From an uncultured Puniceicoccaceae bacterium (GTDB lineage: Bacteria; Verrucomicrobiota; Verrucomicrobiia; Opitutales; Oceanipulchritudinaceae), in assembly GCA_963933835.1 (NCBI GenBank), contig CAWVVV010000002.1:96001-160000 (forward strand): 64,000 nt of DNA, written 5' to 3'. The notes below the pieces were generated by a model that was not told the DNA's origin, did not search any database, and saw only the letters and a list, made by a program, of their open reading frames with translations. The position numbers were made by a program, and so were the translations under genes. Of this stretch, positions 41,750-52,300 are shown piece by piece; the first letter of the stretch is position 1, and each line of letters starts with the position of its first letter.

Positions 41750-42907
41750 CTAATCAAAGATCTTCTTTGCCTTCTCCCAAAAGGAACCTTCAATAGGTTC
41801 ATCCGCGTCGCCGCAGGCGAGGGCAAAGGCTTCGAGGTGCTCACGCTGTTCAGTGGTCAGCTTTTTTGGCACCTCGATGTGAACTTTGATAAACTGGTCG
41901 CCATGGCCATTGCCGCGAAGAAGAGGCATTCCACGATTACGAAGCTTAAAGGATGTGCCGTCCTGAGTCCCTTCAGGAATCTTCAGAGTGACGAGGCCAC
42001 TTTCATTTGAAAGCGTTGGCACTTCAATCGAACCACCGAGGGCGGCGAGAGTGAACTTGATCGGTATATCGGTGTAGAGGCGGTCGCCCTCACGCCTAAA
42101 CACATTGTGCTCATCGACGTGGACAACGACATAGAGATCACCCGCCGGACCACCCATCACGCCGGCTTCACCATTTCCGGTCGAGCGGAGCTTCTGCCCT
42201 GTATCGATCCCTGCTGGGATGCGGAGTCGAACTTTCTTGTCCTCATCGACACGGCCTTCGCCGCGGCAACTAGAACATGATTTCTCCGGCATCCGGCCAG
42301 CCCCAGCACATTTGGGACAGGTTTGCTGCATTTGGAAAAATCCGCGAGAGGTCACAACGCGCCCCGCCCCGCCGCAGGTGGCACACGTAACCACCTTGCT
42401 GCCAGGCTCCGCTCCGTTGCCGCCACAAGTCCCACAGGAAGCAGCTGTGCGGTAAGAAATTTCTTTTTCACTTCCTCGATAAGCTTCGACGAGACTGATC
42501 TGGAGGTCATAGCGCAAATCAGCGCCCTCTTGAGCGCCTCCACGACCTCCTCCGCCGCCGCCAAACATATCGCTAAAGCCGCCGCCACCGCCACCGCCGC
42601 CAAAGACTTCGCGGAACATATCAAATGGGTCGACATGGGCACCACCACCACGGAAGCCGCCACCGCCGCCACCACCGCCGCCTTCGAAGGCAGCGTGTCC
42701 ATAGCGATCGTAGGCCGCGCGCTTCTCCGAGTCCTTGAGGACTTCGTAAGCCTCGGAGACCTCCTTAAACTTGGCCTCCATCGCTTTGTCACCTTTGTGT
42801 TTGTCAGGGTGATACTGAACCGCCTTCTTGCGGTAGGCCTTCTTTATTTCGGAGTCGGACGCTTCGCGCGCAACGCTGAGTAAATCGTAGTAATCTTCTT
42901 TTGCCAT
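41750..42907 (-). CDS. dnaJ: Chaperone DnaJ
   Basis: HPD J-domain, G/F region, four CxxCxGxG repeats. Confidence 0.97.
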   Translation of the reverse strand: MAKEDYYDLLSVAREASDSEIKKAYRKKAVQYHPDKHKGDKAMEAKFKEVSEAYEVLKDSEKRAAYDRYGHAAFEGGGGGGGGGFRGGGAHVDPFDMFREVFGGGGGGGGFSDMFGGGGGGRGGAQEGADLRYDLQISLVEAYRGSEKEISYRTAASCGTCGGNGAEPGSKVVTCATCGGAGRVVTSRGFFQMQQTCPKCAGAGRMPEKSCSSCRGEGRVDEDKKVRLRIPAGIDTGQKLRSTGNGEAGVMGGPAGDLYVVVHVDEHNVFRREGDRLYTDIPIKFTLAALGGSIEVPTLSNESGLVTLKIPEGTQDGTSFKLRNRGMPLLRGNGHGDQFIKVHIEVPKKLTTEQREHLEAFALACGDADEPIEGSFWEKAKKIFD

Positions 42908-42910
42908 GCT

Positions 42911-43501
42911 CTATGCCTCGCTTGTGCCCGCCGGTCCCTTAGAAACTACAACCACGGCGGGACGCAGAAGTCGGTCATGCAGACTGTAGCCGACCCGGTT
43001 TACTTCGATCACATGGCCATCAGGAATTTCCGCGTGCTCTAAATGTGCGACAGACTCGTGTAGATTCGGGTCAAACGCCTCACCGACCGGATTGAGACAA
43101 GTGATACCATTACTCTCGAGCCAGCCGTTAACTTGGGTCAGCACCATCGCGAAGCCTTCGGCGAATGCTTTGCCCGCTTCGTGCTGTTGAGCTGCCTGCA
43201 GGCCCATGCTGAAATTATCGAGGAGCGGAAGGAACGTCTCCATCAGGTCCTGGTTCGCGTATTTACGGCTCTCGTCTTTTTCGCGAATGGCACGCTTGCG
43301 GTAATTCTCAAGCTCGGCAACGGCGCGCAAAGCGCGGTCACGGTAGCCATTGGCCTCAGCCGTGAGGGTTTCCAGCTGCTCAAGCAGCTTAGATTGCTCG
43401 TCTTGTTCACCTTCAGCTTCAAACGAAGCAACGGCTTCTTCTGGAGCAGTGTCTTCGGGGGCTGATGGTTCTACTTCGGATTCAGGTTTCGACGCGGACA
43501 T
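42911..43501 (-). CDS. grpE: Nucleotide exchange factor GrpE
   Basis: 'AELENYRKR', 'FDPNLHE', 'GY...RLLRPAVVVV'. Confidence 0.96.
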   Translation of the reverse strand: MSASKPESEVEPSAPEDTAPEEAVASFEAEGEQDEQSKLLEQLETLTAEANGYRDRALRAVAELENYRKRAIREKDESRKYANQDLMETFLPLLDNFSMGLQAAQQHEAGKAFAEGFAMVLTQVNGWLESNGITCLNPVGEAFDPNLHESVAHLEHAEIPDGHVIEVNRVGYSLHDRLLRPAVVVVSKGPAGTSEA

Positions 43502-43733
43502 AGGTAGATCTTCTGTGCATTATTAAAGCCAAGCGGGTAAAATCCTGCATAGAGCATGCTTTTCAACCTTCAATTGACAAAAAGCGCATGAAATAGCGGC
43601 AACAACCCAAAGGACTCAAATATTCAGCCCGCGACGTCTTCTCTAAAAGTGTGACAGTGAGGCGATAAAACCGTCCCACCCTCGGCCCTCTAGCGACAGG
43701 ATGACTCACCCTCCGGACCTCCGAAACGAGCCC

Positions 43734-44693
43734 CTAGACAAAGTTTTCCGTCACGAGAACAACCGTCTCAACGATCGTGAAAGCGTGGAACGAAGCTGCG
43801 TAGGGAATCAGAAAATTAGCTCCACGATCGAAATGAGTGCCACTTGCGAGCAAAAGGCTGCCCTCAACGACGCTCACAATTCGCGGCTGAGCGCCCGCTT
43901 CGAAATCAAAGTGTGCTCCCGGCGCTAGAACAACGCGGCGAAGGCGAAAGGCGTCGCTATCCGCCAAGACAAAGTCGTCGCTATCAGCCTTAACGAGGGT
44001 TGGTGCGGCGTCTTCGAAATCAATCGAACGCAAGGATTCCTCGAGATGGAGTTGCCGCGGCTGCCCATCGAGGCCCACGCGGCCCCAGTCGTAGACGCGG
44101 TAAGTCGTGTCGCTGTTTTGCTGGATTTCGAGAATTAGATTTCCTGCATCGATCGCGTGCAAACGGCCACTGTGGACAAAAAGCGAATCACCGGGTTCGG
44201 TCTTGAGCCGAGGAACAAGAGCTTCGAGCTCACCTTTTTCGCCTTCAATCGCAGCGCCAAAGGCTTCGCGGGTCACACCCGGATTTAGGCCCGCCAAAAC
44301 GGCGGCGTCCGGCGCTGTTTCAGCGATGTACCAGTTCTCCGTTTTTGGCTCTCCACCGAGCTCGGGTGCTACCTCTGCGGGCGGATGCACTTGCAGGCTG
44401 AGGCGATCCTGACAGTCGAGCCATTTCACAAGAATGGGAAACGGGCGGGCGGGATCCCAGTCTGGACCCATCAGGCGCGCAGAGTCCGTCGAACGCAGTT
44501 CCGCCAACGTCTTCCCTTTGTTCGCTCCTGAAGCAATGATCGAGTTGGCCTCGGGGCGATCTACGATTTCCCAGCTTTCGCCAATTTTTGACTCAGAGGG
44601 AAGCTTTCTCCCTAGACTCTCAGCGAGGCCACGACCTCCCCAGACACGCTCTTGATAAATGGGATTGAAGACTACGACGTCCATGCCGAACAT
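43734..44693 (-). CDS. Type I phosphomannose isomerase family protein
   Basis: 'VWGG', 'GESWE', 'FPILVK', 'LSLQVHP', 'KTENW', 'EIQQNSDTTYRVYD'. Confidence 0.9.
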   Translation of the reverse strand: MFGMDVVVFNPIYQERVWGGRGLAESLGRKLPSESKIGESWEIVDRPEANSIIASGANKGKTLAELRSTDSARLMGPDWDPARPFPILVKWLDCQDRLSLQVHPPAEVAPELGGEPKTENWYIAETAPDAAVLAGLNPGVTREAFGAAIEGEKGELEALVPRLKTEPGDSLFVHSGRLHAIDAGNLILEIQQNSDTTYRVYDWGRVGLDGQPRQLHLEESLRSIDFEDAAPTLVKADSDDFVLADSDAFRLRRVVLAPGAHFDFEAGAQPRIVSVVEGSLLLASGTHFDRGANFLIPYAASFHAFTIVETVVLVTENFV

Positions 44694-44775
44694 TCAGGGA
44701 CATGGGGTATGTGGCGTCAAACCCCCATTCCGCTAGTTCAATCTAGACCTAGCTACCTGATAGAGAACGAATTAC

Positions 44776-47337
44776 ATGGCTCGCACTACATCCAAAAACA
44801 AGACCGACTCAACGTCCTTCAAACCACGTGGAGCACGGCCGCGCCCATTTTGGGCACTCGTCTGCCTCGTTTTTACAGTCCTTTTAGCCCTAGCGCTATT
44901 TGACTATCATCCAAATCAAACCGGACAGTTCAGCACCGACGATCCAGGCTCGAATATCGTCGCACGGTTTGGTTCCACTGTCGGCCATCAACTCAACCTT
45001 TACGTGGGGCTAGCAAGCCTCTGGGCCCCCCTCACTTTCGCCTGGCTCACCTACCTTTTCTTTCGGAGCTACGCTTACGTTCTAAATCTTAAGAAGCTGC
45101 TCAACCTCTCCTTTCTGGTCATCGCCACCTCGGTAGGCTCACAGATCCTTCAAAACGAGGTTCTCGAAGGCCAAAGCCTCGCCGCCGATCCAAACTATTA
45201 CCCCTACGGGATGGGCGGGCACATCGGGTTCCTCATCTACGACGGGTTCCTCCAAGAGTGGCTCAACATGGTCGGCACCATTGTTGTCTTTGGTATCCCA
45301 TCCATCGCTGCTCTCTTCTTCCTCCTAAGCGACAATCTCCTGAGCGACGTCACCAAGCGCCTCCGTGTGATAAATGACGAGTTGAAGAAAAATGCTGCAA
45401 AAAACAAAGCAGAACAGGCTCAGCGCAAAAAGGTAAACGAAGCCAACAAGCAAAAATCGAAGGCCGAAAAGGCGAAGGCCGAAAAGGCCAAAGCAGAAAA
45501 GCCTGAGCCCACCCCTGAGCCAAAGGCTCAAGAGCATACCGCCATCGATTCACCCGTCGAAATTGGCACCGCGACGCCCTTTCCAGAGAAAAAAGGCTTC
45601 TTCGGACGCACCAAGAAATCTAAAAAAGCGAAAGCCGTGAAGGCCGCTCCTACACCTCCACCTCCGGTCGAGGAAGCACCGGTTGAGGAAAAAGCCCCTG
45701 TCGCTTCGGACCCACTACCGACCAGCGGTGACCTGAAAATCATCGCTAGCGAGCGCACTCGAAAAGCCGTCGCCCAGCTTCCAGTAAAGCGAGGCGACTA
45801 CGTCTTCCCTCCGATGAAGTTACTCGCCGAAGTGCCTGATGTTGCGACAGAGGACAACTCTGCAGCACATCAAGAAACCGCCGAGAACCTCGTCCGCACC
45901 CTCGAAGAGTTTGGCGTCAAGGTGACCATGGGTGACGTCCACGCCGGCCCTGTCATCACGCGCTACGACATTTACCCCGCACCAGGCGTTCGGGTCGAAA
46001 AGATCGCAAATCTCGACAAGAACCTAGCCCTTGGGCTCAAGGCCACGAGCGTGCGAATTCTCGCACCCGTTCCGGGCAAAGGCTGCGTCGGCATCGAGGT
46101 TCCAAATGCAAATCCGCAAGCCGTCTTTATCCGCGACCTCCTCGAGTCGGAAGACTGGGCCAACAACAAGGCCGAGATACCCATTGCGCTGGGCAAAGAA
46201 GTGAGCGGCAAGCCCCTCATCGCCGACCTCACGAAAATGCCGCACCTTCTGATCGCCGGTTCCACAGGCGCCGGCAAGACGGTGTGTATTAACGCCATCA
46301 TTACGTCTCTCCTCTACCACAGTAGCCCAGAGGATCTCCGCTTTGTCATGGTGGATCCGAAGATCGTCGAGATGCAGGTCTTCAATAAGTTGCCGCACAT
46401 GATGATCCCAGTCGTGACGGACCCCAAGAAGGTCCCGAATGCACTCAAATATTTGCTCAATGAGATGGAGAAGCGCTACCAAATGTTCGCTGAATTGGGT
46501 GTGCGTAACATCGCTGGCTTCAATGCCAAAATGGCGAAAAGTCGGGGCGAAAAAGCCGAAGCTGAAGCGCGTGCCGCCGAGCTCGATGCTGCCCTCACTC
46601 CAGAAGAGCGGGCAGCCGCTGCGGCAGCCGTTTCTGTTCCTCGCGATCCAGACCTCGCCGGTGTGATCCCTCAAAAACTTCCCTACGTCGTCTGTATCGT
46701 CGACGAACTGGCTGACCTCATGATGGTTGCTCCTGCCGACATCGAAACGGGCATCGCTCGTCTCGCGCAGCTCGCGCGTGCTGCCGGCATCCACCTCATC
46801 CTCGCAACCCAAAGGCCTTCCGTAAACGTCATCACTGGCGTCATCAAAGCCAACCTTCCAAGCCGCATCTCCTTCAAAGTCGCCTCAAAAGTCGACTCGC
46901 GCACAATCCTTGATACCGGCGGAGCCGACCAGCTAATCGGCAAAGGGGACATGCTCTTCCTTCCCCCTGGCAGCGCGGATCTCGTCCGCTCACAAGGCGC
47001 TTTTGTCGGTGATGACGAAATTTCAGGTATCGTCGATTACGTTGTGGAGAACAACGGCGAGCCATCGTTCGACGAAGACTTCCAGCGAAGCGTCGAGTCC
47101 GGAGTTGATGAAGGAGGCAATGGTGCTGAAGGCGAATGGGATGACGTCCTTGTTCCCGATGCGATCGGAGTCTTGCGCTCTTCAAAGCGTGCAAGCACCT
47201 CGATGCTCCAGCGACGCCTTAAGATCGGCTACAATCGTGCCGCCCGCATCATGGAGATCCTTGAGGACGAAGGTATTGTCGGCCCTGAGAACGGATCGAG
47301 CCCCCGCGAGATCCTTCGTGACCTCGATAGCTTGTAG
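44776..47337 (+). CDS. ftsK: DNA translocase FtsK
   Basis: N-terminal TM domain, 'HLLIAGSTGAGK', 'DELADLMM', 'ATQRPS', gamma domain 'LQRRLKIGYNRAAR'. Confidence 0.96.
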   Translation: MARTTSKNKTDSTSFKPRGARPRPFWALVCLVFTVLLALALFDYHPNQTGQFSTDDPGSNIVARFGSTVGHQLNLYVGLASLWAPLTFAWLTYLFFRSYAYVLNLKKLLNLSFLVIATSVGSQILQNEVLEGQSLAADPNYYPYGMGGHIGFLIYDGFLQEWLNMVGTIVVFGIPSIAALFFLLSDNLLSDVTKRLRVINDELKKNAAKNKAEQAQRKKVNEANKQKSKAEKAKAEKAKAEKPEPTPEPKAQEHTAIDSPVEIGTATPFPEKKGFFGRTKKSKKAKAVKAAPTPPPPVEEAPVEEKAPVASDPLPTSGDLKIIASERTRKAVAQLPVKRGDYVFPPMKLLAEVPDVATEDNSAAHQETAENLVRTLEEFGVKVTMGDVHAGPVITRYDIYPAPGVRVEKIANLDKNLALGLKATSVRILAPVPGKGCVGIEVPNANPQAVFIRDLLESEDWANNKAEIPIALGKEVSGKPLIADLTKMPHLLIAGSTGAGKTVCINAIITSLLYHSSPEDLRFVMVDPKIVEMQVFNKLPHMMIPVVTDPKKVPNALKYLLNEMEKRYQMFAELGVRNIAGFNAKMAKSRGEKAEAEARAAELDAALTPEERAAAAAAVSVPRDPDLAGVIPQKLPYVVCIVDELADLMMVAPADIETGIARLAQLARAAGIHLILATQRPSVNVITGVIKANLPSRISFKVASKVDSRTILDTGGADQLIGKGDMLFLPPGSADLVRSQGAFVGDDEISGIVDYVVENNGEPSFDEDFQRSVESGVDEGGNGAEGEWDDVLVPDAIGVLRSSKRASTSMLQRRLKIGYNRAARIMEILEDEGIVGPENGSSPREILRDLDSL

Positions 47338-47444
47338 GGGCATTATTTTCGTCAGCTACGTAATTTATGTAAAAAATGCACTGTCGTGAAAAAAATGCAT
47401 CAATCTTCCTTATTTTACTTGCCAAGGGCATAAAACAATACATC

Positions 47445-47590
47445 ACCACTCACATCTAAACGTCCCGTAAGGGAGTTTTGGGGTAACATAAGGAGTAGTG
47501 AACTGACCTGCAATAGTGGGTCAGATAAAGTAGAAATAAATGGCGGGTCGCTTAGGGGTAGGCGACCCGCCTTCTTTATGTCTACTTTTA
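47445..47590 (+). ncRNA. Candidate structured small RNA ending in an intrinsic terminator
   Basis: Hairpins TCCC-GTAA-GGGA (47463-47474) and CTGACC..GGTCAG (47503-47524), long terminal stem; no ORF; 5' end uncertain. Confidence 0.45.
47527..47589 (+). terminator. Rho-independent terminator (possibly bidirectional)
   Basis: GGCGGGTCGC (47542-47551) / GCGACCCGCC (47562-47571) followed by TTCTTT; extended by AAAGTAGA/TCTACTTT. Confidence 0.8.
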
Positions 47591-47730
47591 GTGAATGCGC
47601 CGTAACCCAAAGGGTAGCATGCATCCAAGCCACGTTGGACATGAACGCATGGCAGTCATCGTTTATTGCTACCGCCAATCTCTATCCGACTGAGTTTTCA
47701 AGAGTCTGCTATAACGCTGAAGAACGGCAC

Positions 47731-47812
47731 TGGAGGGACAGGCTCCTGCCTGTCCGCGACGTGGACGATGGGATTATTGAGCGTAGTGGACCGACGGGAG
47801 CCGATCCCTCCA
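47731..47812. repeat. REP-like inverted doublet (REPIN-like)
   Basis: TGGAGGGACAGGCTCCTGCCTGTCC (47731-47755) versus reverse complement of 47788-47812, TGGAGGGATCGGCTCCCGTCGGTCC; each unit is itself a hairpin. Confidence 0.75.
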
Positions 47813-47884
47813 ATCTTTGTCCCTAAGCTGTTCGAAATTTAGATACCTCAGTCTTCAAAAGGATATTTCGCATTCGCTGGGCAT

Positions 47885-47915
47885 AAAAAAACCGCCCCAC
47901 GTTTCGGTGGAGCGG
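47885..47915 (-). terminator. Rho-independent terminator on the minus strand
   Basis: CCGCTCCAC-CGAAAC-GTGGGGCGG followed by T7; no minus-strand CDS upstream. Confidence 0.8.
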
Positions 47916-47990
47916 CCAGAGAGAACAAGATTACTTGCAAATTACTGAGACTGACTGCCGAAGCAGTTTTCTAACTCATAAACCAACACC
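47885..47990 (-). ncRNA. Candidate ~105-nt small RNA
   Basis: TTGACA at 48019-48014, internal ACTGC-TTCG-GCAGT hairpin (47954-47967), own terminator. Confidence 0.45.
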
Positions 47991-48190
47991 ATGCAGACAA
48001 ATACGGTTTTATCTGTCAAGATATAAGGTATATTACTTACTTATTTACATGAGCCTCCATGTGGCCAAAAACGGGTAAAGTAGCCAAATTCCTCCCAAAT
48101 CGGCGAATTCCTTGGGCTGGCGATTGACTCGACTCCGATCGAAGGGAAGCCTTCCGGAGATTCGCAACCAAGCGTATAGCAATACTCATC

Positions 48191-49318
48191 ATGAATATCT
48201 GGAAATGGATTTTTTCTGTCATCGCCGCGATAGCTATCATCGTTAGCGTCGCACTTGCCTTAGGCCTCACCAAGAAGGATCAAATCGGTACGATAGTTGA
48301 GACCTTCAGCGGACCTATGCCTCCGACAGCGGTGAACATCGGCAGTCCGAGCGAGGCCACCTGGGAAGTCAGTATACCCGCCGTCGGCACCGTCACTTCA
48401 GTAGAAGGTATCACGGTCAGCCCTGAGACTCCCGGCATCATCGAGAAAATCCTTTTCAAAGCAGGAAGCACCGTCGAAGCCGGCGATATCCTGATCGAAC
48501 TCAACAAAGAGATCGAAAAAGCAAATCTAGCCCAAGCCGAAGCCAGCTTAGACTTGGCCAAAAAAACCCTGCGACGCTCCGAAGATCTCTTCAAAACACG
48601 CTCGATTGCCCAAGCCGAACTCGACTCTGCCCGCTCCCAAGCCAGCGCAGCCGAGGCCGCCGTGCTCTCCGTGCAATCAATTCTGGCCCAAAAAACGATC
48701 AAGGCACCTTTCGCTGGGCGTCTCGGGGTCAGGCAGATCAGCGTCGGACAATACCTCGACCCAGGTGAATCCGTCGTGGTACTCCAGTCAGTCGATCCCG
48801 TCTTCATCGAGTTTTCCCTTCCGCAGCGCAACCTGGGTCGCATCGCCGAAGGCTACAGTGTTCGTGCTAAGATAGATGCTTTCCCCGACAACGAATTCAC
48901 GGGCGAGCTCTCCGCGATCAGCCCGCAAGTCGACCGTGCGACCCGCAACGTGCTCATTCAAGCAACCTTTGAGAATCCTGAGCAGCTCCTTCGCCCCGGT
49001 ATGTTCACACGCGTAGAGGTTATCATGCCAGTGAAGCGCGATGTAGTGGTCGTCCCTATAATGGCGGTGCACTACAGCCCGACGGGTAACCGCATTTACG
49101 TCGCCGAGGAGAACGAAAACGGCCAGTTCGTTTCTCAACAAACGATCGTCCGCCTCGGCGAAACCCGAGGAGACTTCGTCGAAATCATTGATGGACTCGA
49201 AGGTGACGAACGCATCGTCGTGGACGGGGCCTTCAAACTTCTAGATGGCTCGCCCATTTTCCAATCTGAGCGTGGCACCGTTGAACCACAGCTCGAACCG
49301 ACTCCGGAGAATAACTAG
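48191..49318 (+). CDS. RND efflux periplasmic adaptor (MFP)
   Basis: TM anchor, lipoyl-like halves, 'IKAPFAG', 'LRPGMF'. Confidence 0.93.
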   Translation: MNIWKWIFSVIAAIAIIVSVALALGLTKKDQIGTIVETFSGPMPPTAVNIGSPSEATWEVSIPAVGTVTSVEGITVSPETPGIIEKILFKAGSTVEAGDILIELNKEIEKANLAQAEASLDLAKKTLRRSEDLFKTRSIAQAELDSARSQASAAEAAVLSVQSILAQKTIKAPFAGRLGVRQISVGQYLDPGESVVVLQSVDPVFIEFSLPQRNLGRIAEGYSVRAKIDAFPDNEFTGELSAISPQVDRATRNVLIQATFENPEQLLRPGMFTRVEVIMPVKRDVVVVPIMAVHYSPTGNRIYVAEENENGQFVSQQTIVRLGETRGDFVEIIDGLEGDERIVVDGAFKLLDGSPIFQSERGTVEPQLEPTPENN

Positions 49319-49347
49319 GTCCTAACCCGAGCACGCATCCCTGCGAA

Positions 49348-52300
49348 ATGAACATCACCGATATTTTCATCAAACGACCGATCCTCGCGATCGTCGTGAA
49401 CCTCGTGATCGTTATCGCGGGAATACAGGCTTATTTCAGCATCACCGTCCGGCAATACCCCGAGACACAGAATGCCTCCATCGTCATTAACACGGTCTAC
49501 ATCGGTGCAGATGCCGAGCTCGTACGGGGCTTCATCACTATTCCGATTGAGCAGGCCATCGCCGCTGCCGACGGCATCGACTACGTAAAGTCTGATAGCA
49601 AACGCGGCCTCTCGACGATCACCGCCCGCCTGAAGTTGAACTTTGACGCCAACCGCGCCCTCACCGAAATCAGTGCAAAGGTCGATCAAGTCCGCGGGGA
49701 TCTTCCACCCGAAGCAGAGATCCCGACGATCAATGTTGAGACCGCCGACTCTCAATTCGCTGCGGCCTACCTAAGTTTCACTTCCGATATTCTGCAGCAA
49801 AACGAGATCACCGACTATCTCATGCGGTCGATTCAGCCTCGCCTCGCCGCGATCGCCGGTGTCCAGCGTTCTGAGATTCTTGGAGCGCGCAACTTTGCCA
49901 TGCGGGTCTGGATGGATCCGAATAAAATGGCCGCCTTTGGCGTCACCGCTGCCGAAGTGCGCCAGGCGCTCTCAAGCAACAACTACCTCTCCGCAATCGG
50001 CCAAACCAAGGGCGCGATGGTGCAAGTGAGTCTTAGCGCTAACACCGACCTAAATTCGGTCAAAGAATTCGAAGAGCTCGTTGTCCGAGAGACCAATGGC
50101 GCACTTATCCGATTGAGTGACGTCGCCACAGTAGCCCTCGGAGCAGAAGACTACACCACCGAAGTTCGTGCGTCTGGTCGCACTTCCACCTTTATGGGTA
50201 TCTGGGTGCTGCCTGATTCCAATGCGATCGATGTCATCGCGGCCGTATCGGCAGAGATGGAACGTATCCAAAAGGACCTTCCGCGTGGGCTGGAGGCACG
50301 CGTCGCCTACGACTCGACGGAATACATCAACAGTGCGATTACCGAAGTGCGGAGCACCCTGATTGAGACCCTCGCGATTGTAGTCATCGTCATTTTCCTT
50401 TTCATCGGCTCGGCTCGAGCGGTCATCGTTCCGGTTATGACAATTCCGATCTCTTTGATTGGAGCTCTCTTCATAATGCAGATTTCGGGGTTCACCCTGA
50501 ACTTGCTCACGATCCTCGCAATTGTGCTCTCGGTGGGACTCGTCGTCGATGATGCGATCGTGATTCTGGAAAACATCGAACGCAATTTGCGCAAAGGGCT
50601 ATCTCCGTTTGATGCCGCTATCGTTGGGGCCCGCGAGCTCATCGGTCCGGTGATCGCCACAACCATCACCTTGGCGGCCGTCTACGCGCCGATCGCTTTT
50701 CAAGGCGGCTTGACAGGATCACTTTTCAGGGAGTTCGCTCTCACTTTAACGGGGGCTATCGTGATTTCGACCATCGTCGCGATCACCCTCTCGCCCTGGA
50801 TGTCCTCCGTCCTCTTGTCTCAAAAATCGACAGAAGGATGGCTTTCCAGAAAAGTAACAAATGTCTTCGACGCCCTGCGCGATGGATACACCCATATTTT
50901 GGATCTTACCCTGCGATATCGTTTCGCTATCATGATCATATGGGCAGGAGGCTTTCTCTTGGCTTTTCCGCTCTACATGTTCTCTCCTAAGGAGCTCGCG
51001 CCCATCGAGGACCAAGGCGTCATTTTCGCCATTTTGGATACACCGGCGAATTCCACACTGGAGTACACTTCCGCAGCCGCAAAAGCCGCTAACGAAAGTT
51101 TCTTCGGGGTCGAAGAAACAAATTTCAGTTTTCAGATCACTTATCCTAGCGGTGGTTTCAGTGGTGCCGTTCTAAAGCCATGGGATCAACGAGAGCGCTC
51201 CGTTTTCGAAATAAAGCCCGAGATCGACCAAGGCTTGTATTCGATCCCCTCGGTCAGTCTCTTCTCCCGCCTGCCGCCTGCCTTGCCCGGTGGAGGCAAC
51301 TTCCCGGTCGAATTCGTTATCGCTTCAACCGCTGAGCCCGCCGAAATCCTCGGCTACGCGCAGCAGATCATGGCCAAGGGGATGGAGCGTGGAGCACTGC
51401 AATTTGCCTTTCTCGATACAAAAATTGATCAACCCTTCACTGAGGTCATCATCGACCGTGAAAAGGGCGCCTCGATGGGGTTGAGCATGCAGAGCATCGG
51501 CACCGACCTCGCGTCGATGCTCGGAGGCAACTACGTGAATCGCTTCAATATCGAGGGCTACAGCTACAAGGTCATCCCGCAAGTCGAACGCATTGGCCGC
51601 CTCAACCCGTCTCAGCTCGAGGACGTCTACATCTCAGGCCCGAGCAACAGTGTCATTCCCCTCAGCTCAGTCGCCACCCTAGAACAAAGCGTCCAACCCC
51701 GCAGCCTTTTGCGTATGCAACAGCTCAATGCGGTCACGATCCAAGGTGGCCCTGCGCGCGCGCTCGGACTGACTCTCGCCACTCTCGAAGACATCGCAAA
51801 AGAGACTCTCCCCGAAGGCTACCGTGTCGATTATTTGGGTGAATCGCGCCAGCTGAAGAACCCCGGGGTGCCTTTCTGGTTAACGATGGTTTTAGCTTCG
51901 GTGCTTATCTATCTGGTTCTAGCGGCGCAGTTCAACAGCTATCGCGATCCCCTCGTAATCCTCCTCGGCTCCGCCCCCCTCGCCTTCTTTGGCGCAAGTA
52001 TTTTCACTTTTCTGAAGATGGATCCGGGCACGGGTATTCCCTACTGGACAGACGGGTGGACAACCTCAGTGAATATCTACACGCAGGTCGGCCTCATTAC
52101 CTTGATCGGCCTCGTGGCTAAGAATGGGATCCTTATTGTTGAGTTTGCTAACGTTTTGCAGCGTGAAGGCAGATCGAAGGTGGAAGCGGTTCGGGAGGCC
52201 TCTTGCATTCGCCTTCGCCCCGTTCTCATGACCACTGCGGCCACCGTCCTCGGACACTTTCCTCTCGTCCTCGTGACTGGCCCAGGTGCGGCGGCGAGAA

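Noticed and set aside
42540..42685. GCC/CCG triplet repeats
   Set aside because: They encode the normal Gly-rich linker of DnaJ
43502..43733. CIRCE element or ncRNA upstream of grpE-dnaJ
   Set aside because: No TTAGCACTC-N9-GAGTGCTAA; the TTGACA is on the opposite strand without a convincing -10; no clear structure
45450..45510. Tandem AAGGCCGAAA-like repeats
   Set aside because: They encode the KAEKA low-complexity FtsK linker
47578..47826. 82-aa ORF in the ftsK-RND spacer
   Set aside because: Starts inside a terminator stem and runs through REP-like palindromes; no protein-like features
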